DNA of 64,000 nucleotides. Source: the human T2T-CHM13v2.0 reference genome, Homo sapiens. Below the pieces are notes generated by a model. The model searched no databases and was not told where the DNA came from. It saw only the letters and a list, made by a program, of their open reading frames with translations. The position numbers and the translations under genes were made by a program. The stretch is from assembly GCF_009914755.1 (NCBI RefSeq), contig NC_060925.1; one strand, written 5' to 3'. Positions within the stretch are counted from its first letter, which is position 1. Every line of letters begins with the position of its first letter. Below are positions 13,189-24,895 of this stretch, one piece after another.

Positions 13189-13803
13189 CCATAGTTTTAT
13201 TTTCTCTGTATCTTCATGGGCATTTTTTAAAATTAAAGCCATTCTAACAGGTATGATGTAATATCTAATTGTGGATTCATTTTGCATTTCCCTAATGATT
13301 ACTGATACTGAGCATTTATTCATGTTTATGTCGGCTATTTGTATATCTTCTTTTGAGAAATGTCTGTTGAGGCCCTTTGCCCATTTTTTAATCGCATTGT
13401 TTGATTTCTTGCTATTGAGTTGTTTGAGTTATTTACATATTTTTGATATTAACTCCTTATTTGATGTATGGTTTGCAAATATTTTCTTCTATTTTGTGGG
13501 TCCTTTCTTCACTTTGTTTCCTTTGATGTGCAGAAGCTTTTTAGTTTGCTGTCATCTATTTTTGCTTTGATGTCTGTGCTTTTGGAGTCATAGCCAGAAA
13601 ATCATTGCCCAGACCAATGTCATGGAGCTTTTATCTTATTTTTTTTTCCAAGTTGTTTTACAGTTTCAGGTCTATATTTAAGACTTTAAACCATTTCGAG
13701 TTGACTTTTGTAGATGGTGCGAGATTCAATTTCATACTTCTGCATGTGGATAACCAATTTTCTCCACATCATATGTTAAAGAGACTGTCCTTTTCCCATT
13801 GTT
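13189..13803 (-). mobile_element. Inverted 5' segment of an L1MA7/8-like element
   Basis: Antisense L1 ORF2 3' region (gccattctaacaggtatgatgtaatatc...gagactgtccttttcccattgt). Preceded by TSD copy aagaaaacagta (13177-13188). Confidence 0.85.
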
Positions 13804-13812
13804 TGTCATTAG

Positions 13813-14855
13813 CAGATTGTTGATGGAAATGTAAGTTAGTGTAGACATTATGGAAAACAGTATGAAATATCCTCAAAAAACTAAAAAATATAACTATCAT
13901 GATTCAGTAATACCTCTTCTGGGTACATATCACAAGATATTGAAATCAATGTGTCAAAGGAATATCTACACTTCTATGTTTATTACAGCATTATTTACAA
14001 TATCCAAGATAGAGAATCAACCTAAGTTTCCATCATAAAGTGAATGAGTATAAAGAAACTATATTACCATAATCACTATAATCTATCTATCTACATATCT
14101 ATATCTGTATATCTCCCTAATATATTTACTATGTCTATATACTCTTTGTATGTAGATAGTTTTCCACAGAGAAAGCATTCAATAAAAACATGTTGAATAA
14201 ATAAATAAATGGAGAATACATTCATATTTCTTCTCAATTTACATTACAGGTTAGATATATATAGTTATCAATTCCGAACGATAGTTCATTTATTCTCAGT
14301 GAACATCTTTGTTGTGGCTGTAAATCAAGAGATATGCACGCATGCAATGGAATACTATTATTCTGATAACAGAAAGAAATACTCTCATTTGCAACAACAT
14401 GGATGAACCAGGAGGACATTATGCTTAGTGAAAAAAGCCAGTCACAGAAAGACAAATATTGCCTGATCTCATTTATATGTGAAATCTAAAAGAGTTGAAC
14501 TCACAGTAGAGAGTAGAAAGGCAGTTACCAGAGGCTGGGGTGGTAGGAGAGGGAGAGAAGTAATGGGGAGTTGTTGAACAAAATGTGCAAAGTGTCAGAT
14601 AGACATTAAGAATACATTTTGAGATATATTGCCAGGAGTAACTATGGTTAATAATAAAGTTTATATATTTAAAAATAACTGAGTAAATTTCAAATGTCTT
14701 ACATAAGAAACAATAAAGGCAAGGTGATAAATATGTTAACTAGCCTGATTTCATCACTTCCCATTGCATACATATAACAAAACCTCACATTTGTACCCCA
14801 TAAATGTATACAATTATGATTTCTCAATTAAAATATTAATTAAAAATTGTTAAAA
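13813..14855 (+). mobile_element. L1MA7/8-like 3' end, interrupted by a non-L1 insert at 14069-14331
   Basis: Sense ORF2 end and 3'UTR (catttgcaacaacatggatgaacc...tgtaccccataaatgtatacaattatg). TSD copy aagataacagta at 14855-14866. Confidence 0.85.
14069..14331 (+). repeat. Direct duplicate (copy) of 15711-15978
   Basis: Aligns end to end with 15711-15978 at roughly 90% or better by eye. The ORF track shows near-identical peptides (MENTF/LIFLLNLHYRLDIYSYQFR). Confidence 0.95.
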
Positions 14856-15710
14856 AGATAACAGTAAACTCACAGGGTAAAAATTCAAATAATTTATATA
14901 TTATTGAACAATGATTCTAACCTTAATTCCTAGATCTCTGATTGGATTCATGGAACTCAGATACTTCTTGGGGGAAAAAAAGAGGAATTTCTTGAGCTCA
15001 GTGTCTTGATGTCTGTGATCATATACATTGTTCCATATATGATCTTTTTTCTGGAGCAATTTCATGTGGTACTTTTACCTCATATGTAGGATGGTTATCT
15101 GGATAAGTATTTCTTATACCTGAAAATAAATGTTTGCTTTTATGTGGCAAGAAGAATAGCATATTTTGGGGGTCCTGTCAAAAACTTCAATTCTGCTGTA
15201 ATGGACAACATTCAGACTGAAGTGTCTATGGCACATTTTTTTATTTATTACAATGATTATTTCATATTTGTGTATAGTATAGGAAGTGTAAATATCTCAG
15301 ATTGCTTTATAATATACATATTTGGATAGAATATAAATTAAGTTTTGAGAAAATAAAAGGTCCATTTAATTAATGTGTCAGTTATAGTGATCTAAAGAAT
15401 GTCAGGATATTTGCTCCAAGAGAAAGAGAAAGTTATTTTCCCTTTTACCTCTACAAATCAAATGAATTTTAATTATCAGATCTCTAGACTTTGGAGAAAA
15501 TATATATGACATTTGGGTTTCTGCTTCAACCCACAACCAGGGGAACTCAACTCACACACTGCCTGCTTTGATTGAGGTACAAAGCAAAACAAGTTTTACT
15601 TGTTAGTCCAGGCTAGAGGATTCACAAGACTGCCACTTGGATTTTATGACCCTGCTGATGCTTGGCTTAAAGTTTCTAGGGAGGTTACAAATTCTACACA
15701 TATTGGATAG

Positions 15711-15978
15711 ATAACCACTATAATCTATCTATCTGTCTATATATCTATATCTATATATCTCCCTAATATATTTACTATGTCTAAATACCCTTTTATGTAG
15801 ACAGTGTTTTCCACAGAGAAAGCATTCAATAAAAACATGTTGAATAAATAAATAAATGGAGAATACACTCATATTTCTTCTCAATTTACATTACAGGTTA
15901 GATATATATAGTTATCAATTCAGAATGATAGTTCATGTATTTTCAGTGAACATCTTTGTTGTGGCTATAAATCTAGAG
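15711..15978 (+). repeat. Probable donor of the duplicated segment (contains (ATCT)n and an L2-tail-like remnant)
   Basis: Continuous with non-L1 flanks. Contains agcattcaataaaaacatgttgaataaataaataaat. Confidence 0.9.
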
Positions 15979-16848
15979 GTCAAGATTTCATTTGTTTTAA
16001 TTTATGTAGATAGAACTTACCTGTCTATTAAAGTCAAGTTGATAGTAACCATGGCTTAAAAAAAAAACTATTAACTAAGACCAATTACAAAATGTGTGAA
16101 CTCCAGAGGAGCTCAAATCTCTCCTTTCTTCTGTTTCTTCAAGATGAGGGGCAGTGTTAATCAGATTCCCTGGACCACGTGCTAGATGAAAGAATTGAAA
16201 TGAATGCTTCTTGTAGTGGATTTCTCTCAAGCTGCCTTTGCAGGTCTTTGGAGGGAGGGCATCTCTTAGTTTAATTTTTCTATGTGGGTTTTTTCTTCTT
16301 TCCTTTGAATCTCTCAAACTGTCAAAAAGATTGGAGAGGGCCCAGCACTCCTTATGGAAGAAAGCAGCTCTTCCATTACCTTTAAAAACAACTATATATC
16401 AGGTGGGCCCAAAACATGTTATCTGGGATAGGTATTTTAGGTATTTTAGGCCTGCTTGTGTTTAAGTAATCAGGAAAGTTAACTTATTTATGAATCAAAC
16501 TAGCCCACCAGGCAAACCTCACAGGCCGCTGGTAAAATGAAGCACATTAATTTATTGGCATAGCCTTTCCATTTGAATTTTTAATAATTATAGGCAACTT
16601 AGGAGTGTCTAGTCCTGACTACCTTAGTCATGTATGTTTCAGTGATGAGTGATAAATAAGGTTTGTTGTCACACCTCCAACTCGATATGAAAGCATATTT
16701 TTTCCTTCATAAAGCATTTACTAACAAACAATTGTTGTAAATTAAGAAGATAATAAGAGTCCAGTAGGCCAAAAGACGTAACTACCCATTGGAAAACAAT
16801 GCAACTATCAAGCCAAGAAAATTAAAAATGCAGTATTAACCCAAATTT

Positions 16849-17596
16849 TGATACAGACAAGAGGCAGGGAAATACTGGATAGAAGAAGGTGGTTCCCTGG
16901 CAAAGGCCTCGCCCTCAAGCCTGGAACCATGGCCCTAAATGAGAACAGTTATCCCTGTTTTCCTGCCCAAATGTTACCATTTTCGTCTACCCTGCCCTCC
17001 TATCCTGTGCCCATATAAACCCCAGACCTCAGCTGGCAGAGGCACAAGCAGCTGAAAGTTGAGAGGAAAAGAAGCAGCTGAGCATTGGAGTCTATGAATA
17101 GATACAGCTTAACTTCAGATGGCACAAATTCGGAGAGGAGCCTTGTCAGAGACAGCCAGCCTTCAGGGAAAGGTTACCTTCTTCCCACACCATCCCCCTT
17201 CCAGCTCCCCTCTTCTGAGAGCCACTTCTGCTGCTTAATAAAATCCTCTGCATTCATCACTTTTCAGATTGTTCACGTGACCTGATTCTTCCTGGATGCC
17301 AGACAAGAATTTGGGACACACTGGGTGTGGGAACCCAAAAAGCCTGTCACATTGACTCTTCACTGAGCTGTTTAACACTTAGGCATCCACAGACAGCAAA
17401 GCTAAACAAAGCATTAATTGTAACACACCCCTAGACACTGCCATGAGGCTGGAACCCAAAAGTGCTCACCAGGCCACGGCACCCACTGACCTGCATGCTT
17501 CCCATCCTGCAAGGGGTATGAGCACTGCAGCCAAGTAAATGAGCCACACCCCTCTCACAAGTCCCATGAAGGGGTCAAGGGAACTTACCTGTCTCT
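16849..17596 (+). mobile_element. ERV1 solo LTR, LTR1 family-like
   Basis: Starts tgatacagacaagaggcagggaaatactggatagaaga. TATA-like catataaa ~17011, aataaa ~17237. Ends aaggggtcaagggaacttacctgtctc. Confidence 0.8.
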
Positions 17597-18326
17597 CTTC
17601 CTACTACCTGTAATTTCATCCTGTGTCTATTATCTCCATATGTCTTCTCTCCCATCTTCTTCCCTTCCTTTCTCACTCTTATATGTTTCCTCCTTAACCA
17701 TTTATTTTTTTCTCTCTTCTACTTTTAAAAAGTTACATTTCCTTTCCTACTTTTCAAGGGAGGAAGAGTATGAGCTATTTGGGTACAGGGTAACAAGAAG
17801 AAAACCTTTAACCTCTCCTCACCTAAAAATAATTGAAAATATTCAAGAAATGACAGCATTTGAATTGTATTCTATATTGAGGTTTATGTTAAGGTCAGAA
17901 ATCTGGGCTGAAATTTTTCTAGCTTAAATCAGGAGAATAAAAATGCCAATCTGCTTCAGGTCTTTTCTTTGAATGTAATCTTAACTTGCTTGCTTTTAGG
18001 ATATTTCAATGTCTAGTATAACTTTCTAATTAAAATGTTCCAACTGTGGTACAGTTTTGATTGTGTAAAATCATTTTCATTTTATGGCATTAAATGTTTA
18101 AAAATATCTCTGCCTGTAAGTGCCATCTCATCCCTTCCTAAAATAGACAACATATTTGATTATTATCCTGGGACATTTTCCCTAATGTGAAAGCAAAACT
18201 GATGGTTGTGTCATCAACTACTCTGTTGCATTTAAATTCTGAAGCCTTTCCAGGCAGCTGTTTTAGAACATAAATTTGGGGGACCCTCTGTATTTTAATG
18301 GTTTGATTACTGCTTCTATTCACTAG

Positions 18327-18685
18327 TGTATTAGTCCATTTTCATGCTGCTGATAAAGACATACTTGAAACTGGGAAGAAAAAGAGGTTTAATGAACTTA
18401 TAGTTTTACAGGGCTGGGGAGGCCTCACAATCATGGCGGAAAGCAAAGAGGAGCTAGTCATGTCTTACATGGATGGCGGCAGGAAGAGAGAACTTGTGCA
18501 GGGAAACTCCTGTTTATAAAACCATTAGATCTTGTGAGACTCATTCACTATCATGAGAACAGTGCAGGAAGAACCTGCCACTATAATTAAATCACCTCCC
18601 ACCAAGTTCCTCCCACGACACATGGGCATTGAAGGAGTTACACTTCAAGATGTGATTTGGGTAGGAACACGGCCAAACCATATCA
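18327..18685 (-). mobile_element. THE1 (THE1C-like) MaLR 3' LTR
   Basis: tgtattagtccattttcatgctgctgataaagacatac ... ccaaaccatatca. Polypurine tract adjacent on the internal side. Confidence 0.9.
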
Positions 18686-19863
18686 TTCCACCCCTGGCCC
18701 CTCCCAAATCTCATGTCCTCACATTTCAAAACCAATCATGCCTTCTCAACAGTCCTCCAAAGTCTTAACTCATTCCAGCATTAACTCAAAAGTCCACAGT
18801 CCACAGTCCAAAGTCTCCTTCAAGACAAGACAAGTCTCTTCCACCTATGAGACTATAAAATCAAAAGCCAGATAGTTACTTCCTAGATACAATGGGGGTA
18901 CAGGCAGTGGGTAAATACAGCCATTTCAAATGGGGGAAATTGATCAAAACGAAGCGGCTACAGGCCACACGCAAGTCTGAAATCCAAAAGGGCAGTCAAA
19001 TCTTAAAGCTCCAAAATGATATCCTTTTACTCCATGTCTTGCATCCAGGTCACGCTGATGCAAAGCAGTGGGTTCCCATGGTCTTGGGCAGCTCCACCTC
19101 TGTGGCTTTGCAGGGTACAGCCTCCCTCCCAGCTGCTTTCACTGACTGGAATTGAGTGTCTGTGGCTTTTCCAGGCACACAGTGCAAGCTGTCAGTGGAT
19201 CTACCATTCTGGGTTCTGGAAAATGGTGGCCCTCTTCTCACAGCTCCACTAGGCATTGCCCCAGTAGAGTCTCTGTGTAGGAACTCTGACCCCACATGTC
19301 CCTTCTGCACTGCTCTAGCAAAGGTTCTTCATGAAAGCCCTGCCCCTGCAGCAAACTTCTGCCTGGACATGCAGGCATTTCCATACATCTGCTGAAATCA
19401 AGGCGGAGGTTCCCAAACCTCAATTCTTGACTCCTGTGCACCTGCAGGCTCAACACAATGTGGAAGCAGCCCAGGCATGGAGCTTGCACCCTCGGAAGCC
19501 ATGACCTGAGCTGTACCATGGCCCCTTTTAAGCATGGCTGGAGTGGCTGGGATTCAGGGCACCAAGTCCCTAGACTGCACACAGCATGGGGACCATGGGC
19601 CCAGCCTACAAAACTATTTTTTCCTCCTAGGTTTCTAGGCCTGTGATGGGAACAGCTTCCATGAAGACCTCTGACATGCCCTGGGGACATGTACATTTTC
19701 CCCATTGTCTTGGGGGTTAACATTCAGCTCCTTACTACTTATGCAAATTTCTGCAGCCTGCTTGTATTTCTCCTCAGAAAATGAGATTTTCTTTTCTATT
19801 GCATTGTCAGGCTGCAAATTTTCTGAACTTTTATGCTCTGCTTTCCCTATAAAGCCAAGTGCC
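18686..19863 (-). mobile_element. THE1 internal sequence, truncated (5' LTR missing)
   Basis: ttccacccctggcccctcccaaatctcatgtcctcacatttcaaaacc... Homologous to 52875-53890. Ends abruptly at ~19863. Confidence 0.9.
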
Positions 19864-20486
19864 TATCTCCCAACCTCTGAGGAAAAAAGACAGGATGAAG
19901 GTTTAGTTGATCACCAATAGCCAATAATTTAATCAGTCATGATTTTGTAATAAAATCTCCATTAAAACCAAAAAGGACACGGTTTGGAGAGCTTCCAGAT
20001 GGCTGAACTTGTAGAGGTTCCTGGAGGGTGGTATTTCCAGAAAGGAAACATGGAAGCTCTTTGTCCCTACCCCACCCCTTGACATATGCATTTCTTCATT
20101 TGTATCTTTTGCCATATCTTTTATAATAAACCAGTAAACATAAGTAAGTTTTTCCTGAGTTCTGTGAGCTGCACTAGCAAATAAACCCAACCCAAAGAGG
20201 GGTCTTGGGATCCTCCATTTGTGACCATTCAGTAAGAAGCACAGATAAAATAACCAAGAGCTTGAGATTGGCATTTAAGGAAGAAGAGACAGTCTTGTGG
20301 GACTGAGTTTGAGCCCTCAACCTGTGGGATCTGATGCCATTTCTAGGAAGATAGTGTCAGAATTGGACTGCATTAGAGGACACCCAGCTGGTGTCCTCTG
20401 CAGAATTGCTTGCCTGCTTGGTGCATACAGAAATACTCCTCAAACATCTGGTCACAATAAGTCTTCTGTGTTGATTGTTGTGGTTC

Positions 20487-21912
20487 TGTAACCGCCCAAT
20501 GAGTGCTTCCTGCCTGCTGCCCATAGAGAGCCAATTTATCAAGGCAGAGAAACTGAAAGCACCATTGCAAAACTATAACTGAGACAGTGAAAGAGATCTG
20601 ACCTAACCATCTCCATCTTGCTTCTACCTTCCAAGCTATCCTTGTTCATTCCCGAGCATGGGCTGACCCAGCTGTGGGAGAGACTTAGTTTATAGTTTAA
20701 AACAAAGACACTGGCAAACCTTTCCCTAAACAAACCTTCTTGTCTGGGGACTAGACTGCCTTTGTAGGACTAACAAATTAGCCATAAGACTAGAAATTAT
20801 AGTTTAGGAGTCATGCAGCTGGATGCTACAAGATTCTCACCCTCCCTAAATTGCTCTTAAGATCAGTGCTTGGGACATTTTTCAGACCCTGCACTTGAGA
20901 TCAGCTGGCACCACCCAGATTGATAAACTGGCTCATCTGATCTTGTGGCCCCCACCCAGGAACTGACTCAGCACAAGAAGAGAGCTTCAATTTCCTACAA
21001 TTTCATCTTCAACCCAACCAATCAGCATTCCTGGCTCACTGGCTTACTCCCACCCACCAAGCTGTCCTTCAAAGCTCTGCTCCCCGAATACTTTGATTTG
21101 AGTAATACTTACACTCCGGTCTCCCACACAGTCAGCTCTGCATGGAATTACTCTATCTATTGCAATTCCCCTGTCTTCGTAAATCAACTCTGTTTATGAA
21201 GTGGGCAAGGTAAACCCACTGGGTGGTTAAAATTTGCAATAGAGAAAGAGTTTTACACATACAGAGTCTGTTAAATGGAAAACCAGAGTTTTATTATTCC
21301 TCAAATTAGCCTTTTGGAAAATTCAGATGCTAAGATTTTTCAAGGATAGTTGGGGGGATGTTGGGGGTGGCTAGGCAATGGATGCTTGTGGCTGATTGTT
21401 TGGGGGTGAAATCACAGGGGTGTGGCAAATGGTCCTCAAGTGCACTGAGCTGCTTCTAGGTGGGGCCACAGGAGTGGTTCATGGGTCCAGGTAGAGACAT
21501 TGGGTCCAGGTCAGACATGCATACAAAAAAACCTGAATATATATGTCAAAAGCCCAATCTTAGGTTTTTCAATAGTGATGTTATCTGCAGGAGTAATTGG
21601 GAAGTTCCATATGTTGTGACCTCCAGAATAATGGCTGGCAATTATTTATGTCTACACCTTAGCAGAATTCAGGCCTCTCTCATCCCCCTAGCCTGATGGT
21701 TTCTTATTATCTTTACAAAGGTGGTTGTGTTTTGGAGAAGGGCTATTATCACTTAAACTACAAACTAAATGTCTCTCAAAGTTAGCTTGGCCCAAGCCCA
21801 GGAATAATTAAGGGCAGGTTGAAGGCTAGAGGCAAGATGAGGATTGGCTGGACCAGACCTCCCCTACTGCCATAATTTTCTCACTGTTATAATTTTTGCA
21901 AAGGTGGTTTCA
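20487..21912 (-). mobile_element. LTR8A-like solo LTR (pieces 20487-20553 and 21232-21912)
   Basis: Ends tgtaaccgcccaatg... and ...ttataatttttgcaaaggtggtttca are the reverse complement of LTR8-family termini. Sequence resumes (ttgcaatagagaaagag) after the inner insert. Confidence 0.8.
20554..21231 (+). mobile_element. LTR8 solo LTR nested in opposite orientation
   Basis: tgaaagcaccattgcaaaactataactgagacagtgaaagagatctgacctaacc ... gggcaaggtaaacccactgggtggttaaa. Confidence 0.85.
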
Positions 21913-21984
21913 GTGTGAGAGTGGAGGAAAACTGGTTTGTTTTTTTTCTTATAGTCTCTTTCTGCAAAATAACTAATTAGATTT

Positions 21985-22190
21985 CCAAATGTATATTCCC
22001 AATATATAATTCTAATATACAACCTGCTTCATATCCACATTTATAGTTTCACACTTGAAATTACTGCATGAATGTCCTCACAGCACATAAACACTCAACA
22101 TAATCACATTCAGTTCATAATCTTCCTTCTAAACCTACTCTCTTTGTAAATGAAATGGCCATTGATATAAAACATTCTGGTCTTCTATTC
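21985..22190 (+). mobile_element. LINE-2 fragment
   Basis: Degenerate L2-like sequence (gaatgtcctcacagcacataaacactcaacat...ccttctaaacctactc). Confidence 0.45.
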
Positions 22191-22194
22191 CAAC

Positions 22195-22680
22195 ATCTAT
22201 TCTCCTGATCCCCTTTAAAACCAGAACCCAGATTTAAGCAGAGCTCATTCTTGTTCTCAGTAAAAGTTTACATTTTCCTAGGCTTTTTTTTCAGCTAGCT
22301 TGGCAGTGTAAGTCAATTTTAGTGAATTAGATGTAAGCAACAGTGTAATATGGACCAGCCTGCTTAAAGTGAACCAACTCAGTCTGCATTCCTGCTACTG
22401 CTTCATTTATAGCAATGGAGATGCTATAAATGAAATTCTTGAGTCATCTCCTTGAACTATGAAGCAGACGCTTAAAGATGGAAGCATTATACTAAGATGG
22501 TGGAATAGAAAGATGAAAACTCTAGTTTGCTTATGATACTATAGAACTGCCATATCAGTTTTGGACTGCCTACCTCCTAATTTATGTGTTGTGTTAGAAA
22601 AATATACCATTCTCTTGTTCAAAAATTTTTATTTTAGATTTTTATGTTATAATAAGCTGAACTTATTTAAAAATTGAATC
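22195..22680 (+). mobile_element. Old MLT1 (J/K-like) MaLR LTR
   Basis: aagatggtggaatagaaagatgaaaac...gaactgccatatcagttttggactgcctacctc...ataagctgaac. Confidence 0.6.
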
Positions 22681-23596
22681 ACTCTTTTACTGGTCCACAG
22701 TTAGAATAATGTTTTATTCTGCCTTAATTTTTTCCATCTACTTCTAATAATTAGCTGCCATGTTAAAAGGGAAACAATTAGTGACACTTTCTGCTTCCAG
22801 GCACATTCCAGATGCAGATAAAGGAGCAGGGTAAAAAATAAATCCCAAGAAGATGATGGTAGTTTTTCTGACTGAGTTGAGACAGACATCAAAGATCAGG
22901 AAGTCTGAAGGGGCTAGAAATTTCCAAGCTTGTGAAAAGTCTGGACATAAATAGTAAAAAACGGCCCAGAAATCAGCATAATGAGGTGCTGCTCTCTGCT
23001 GAATACTAATACATAAATATATGGGCAAAATTTGTAATGCTAAGCATAGGGGGAAGAAAGAATTGTGAGACATAGGACTGGGAAGTATTTAAGATCCTAA
23101 CAGCCATAGTCACACAATTTTTTGATTACTTATGGCATTTAATAGAAAAGTAAAAAGGAAAGACCTTTAGTTGTAGGGCTAAATAATTGTCAGGGTAGAT
23201 GTTACTCTAGACTTACACATACACAAACAAACTGATTAACTAGACCTAAAAGAATCATACTGAATCACATGAAACTTAATAAATGTGGTTGGAAGAACTA
23301 GATATTCCTACAGGAAAAAATAAAGCTCAGTCTTTATCTTACACCATACATACAAACATTGATTAACAATCTATCATGGACCTAAATATAAGCAACAAAA
23401 CTATAAATATATAAAAGGAAAAAATTAAATATAGGATAATTTTTTTGCAAAATTTGGATAAGCAAAGATTTCTTATACAATAAACACAAAAATTAAATTA
23501 AAACAATGATATAATAAAATTTTTATTAAAATTAAAGACTTCTCATAAATTTACCATTGTCAACCTTAAATACTGAGATTTAGAAAATATGATTAA

Positions 23597-23895
<299 letters not shown>

Positions 23896-24044
23896 ATGTC
23901 TGTGTGTGTGTGTGTGTGTATATGATTAAGTACAGAACTTATTGAAACTTAAAGCTTGAGTATGGCCACTGGGGAAAGCACCAACTCAAACAAATTGAGT
24001 CAACATTTCCAAAGTGGAGAAGTTAAAGTTTCAATTACATAGGT

Positions 24045-24515
24045 TGTAAACTCCCAAAATCTAAGACAGGTCTCAGTCAGTGTAGAAAGCTTATTTTGCC
24101 AAAGTTAAGGATGTGTGCCCCTGACACAGCCTCAGGAGGTCTTGACGACTGGTGCCCAAGGTGGTCAGAGCACAGATTGGTTTTGTACATTTTAGGGAGA
24201 CATAAGATATCAATCAACATATGTAAGATGAACACTGGTTTGGTCCAGAAAAGCAGGACAAAAGTAGGGAGGGGACTTGAAGCAAAAGTGGGGAGGGGAC
24301 TTCCAGGTCATAGGTAGATAAGACACAAATTGTTTCATTCTTTTGAGTTTCTGATTAGCCTTTTCAAAAAAGGCAATCAGATACACATTTATGTCAGTGA
24401 GCAGAGGGATGACTTTGAATAGAATGGTAGGCAGGATAGCCCTAAGCAGTTCCCTACTTGACTTTTCCCTTCAACTTAGTGATTTGGGGGCCCCAAGATT
24501 TATTTTCCTTTCTCA
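24045..24515 (-). mobile_element. MER4A1-like solo LTR
   Basis: Right end ttagtgatttgggggccccaagatttattttcctttctca is the reverse complement of the MER4A start. Flanks aggt/agat. Confidence 0.85.
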
Positions 24516-24895
24516 AGATAGAGACAGAGACGTTCCTGCAGGATTGCAACATTTTCCATACAAGACCAGGTGCAGATGTCACAGTGTCACAGCTATTTAA
24601 TTGGTTACTGATTGTTGTATTCCAAGGAGGATTACTTTATTACTCCTTGAGGAGGAGTCCTGATCTGACAGGGTCCTATCTCTGGTACCATTTGGTCTTA
24701 ATTTTTTAGAGACAAAAGGAAAAGATAAGGCAGAAGTTACCTGACTTCTGTGCAAAGCCACCTGACTTAGGTCACATAGCCACATTCCTCTCAAGGCTTG
24801 AGATAATATAAAGTTTCAACAGCTTTAAGTTTGAATTATTTTAAGTTTAAGTTAATTTCACACTATTAAGAAAATGAAAAGGCAAGTTATAGACT

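Larger units (their letters stand above)
19861..21955 (+). mobile_element. MER21-type LTR, 5'-truncated, split by LTR8-family inserts (pieces 19861-20486 and 21913-21955)
   Basis: gatcaccaatagccaataatttaatcagtcatg, ggagagcttccagatggctgaac, tgtcagaattggactg. Colinear with the MER21 at 41534-42680. Confidence 0.8.

Noticed and set aside
14209-16059. Two near-identical short ORFs (MENT.IFLLNLHYRLD...) suggesting paralogous genes
   Set aside because: They result from the 263-bp local duplication of AT-rich non-coding DNA. There is no sign of coding character.
18553-19920. Cluster of overlapping ORFs up to 161 aa
   Set aside because: All lie in THE1 LTR/internal sequence. The same applies to 52792-54768.
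24259-24305. Tandem aaaagt.gggaggggactt with an NF-kB-like ggggacttcc
   Set aside because: It falls in a repeat-variable part of MER4A1. A single motif is not evidence of function.
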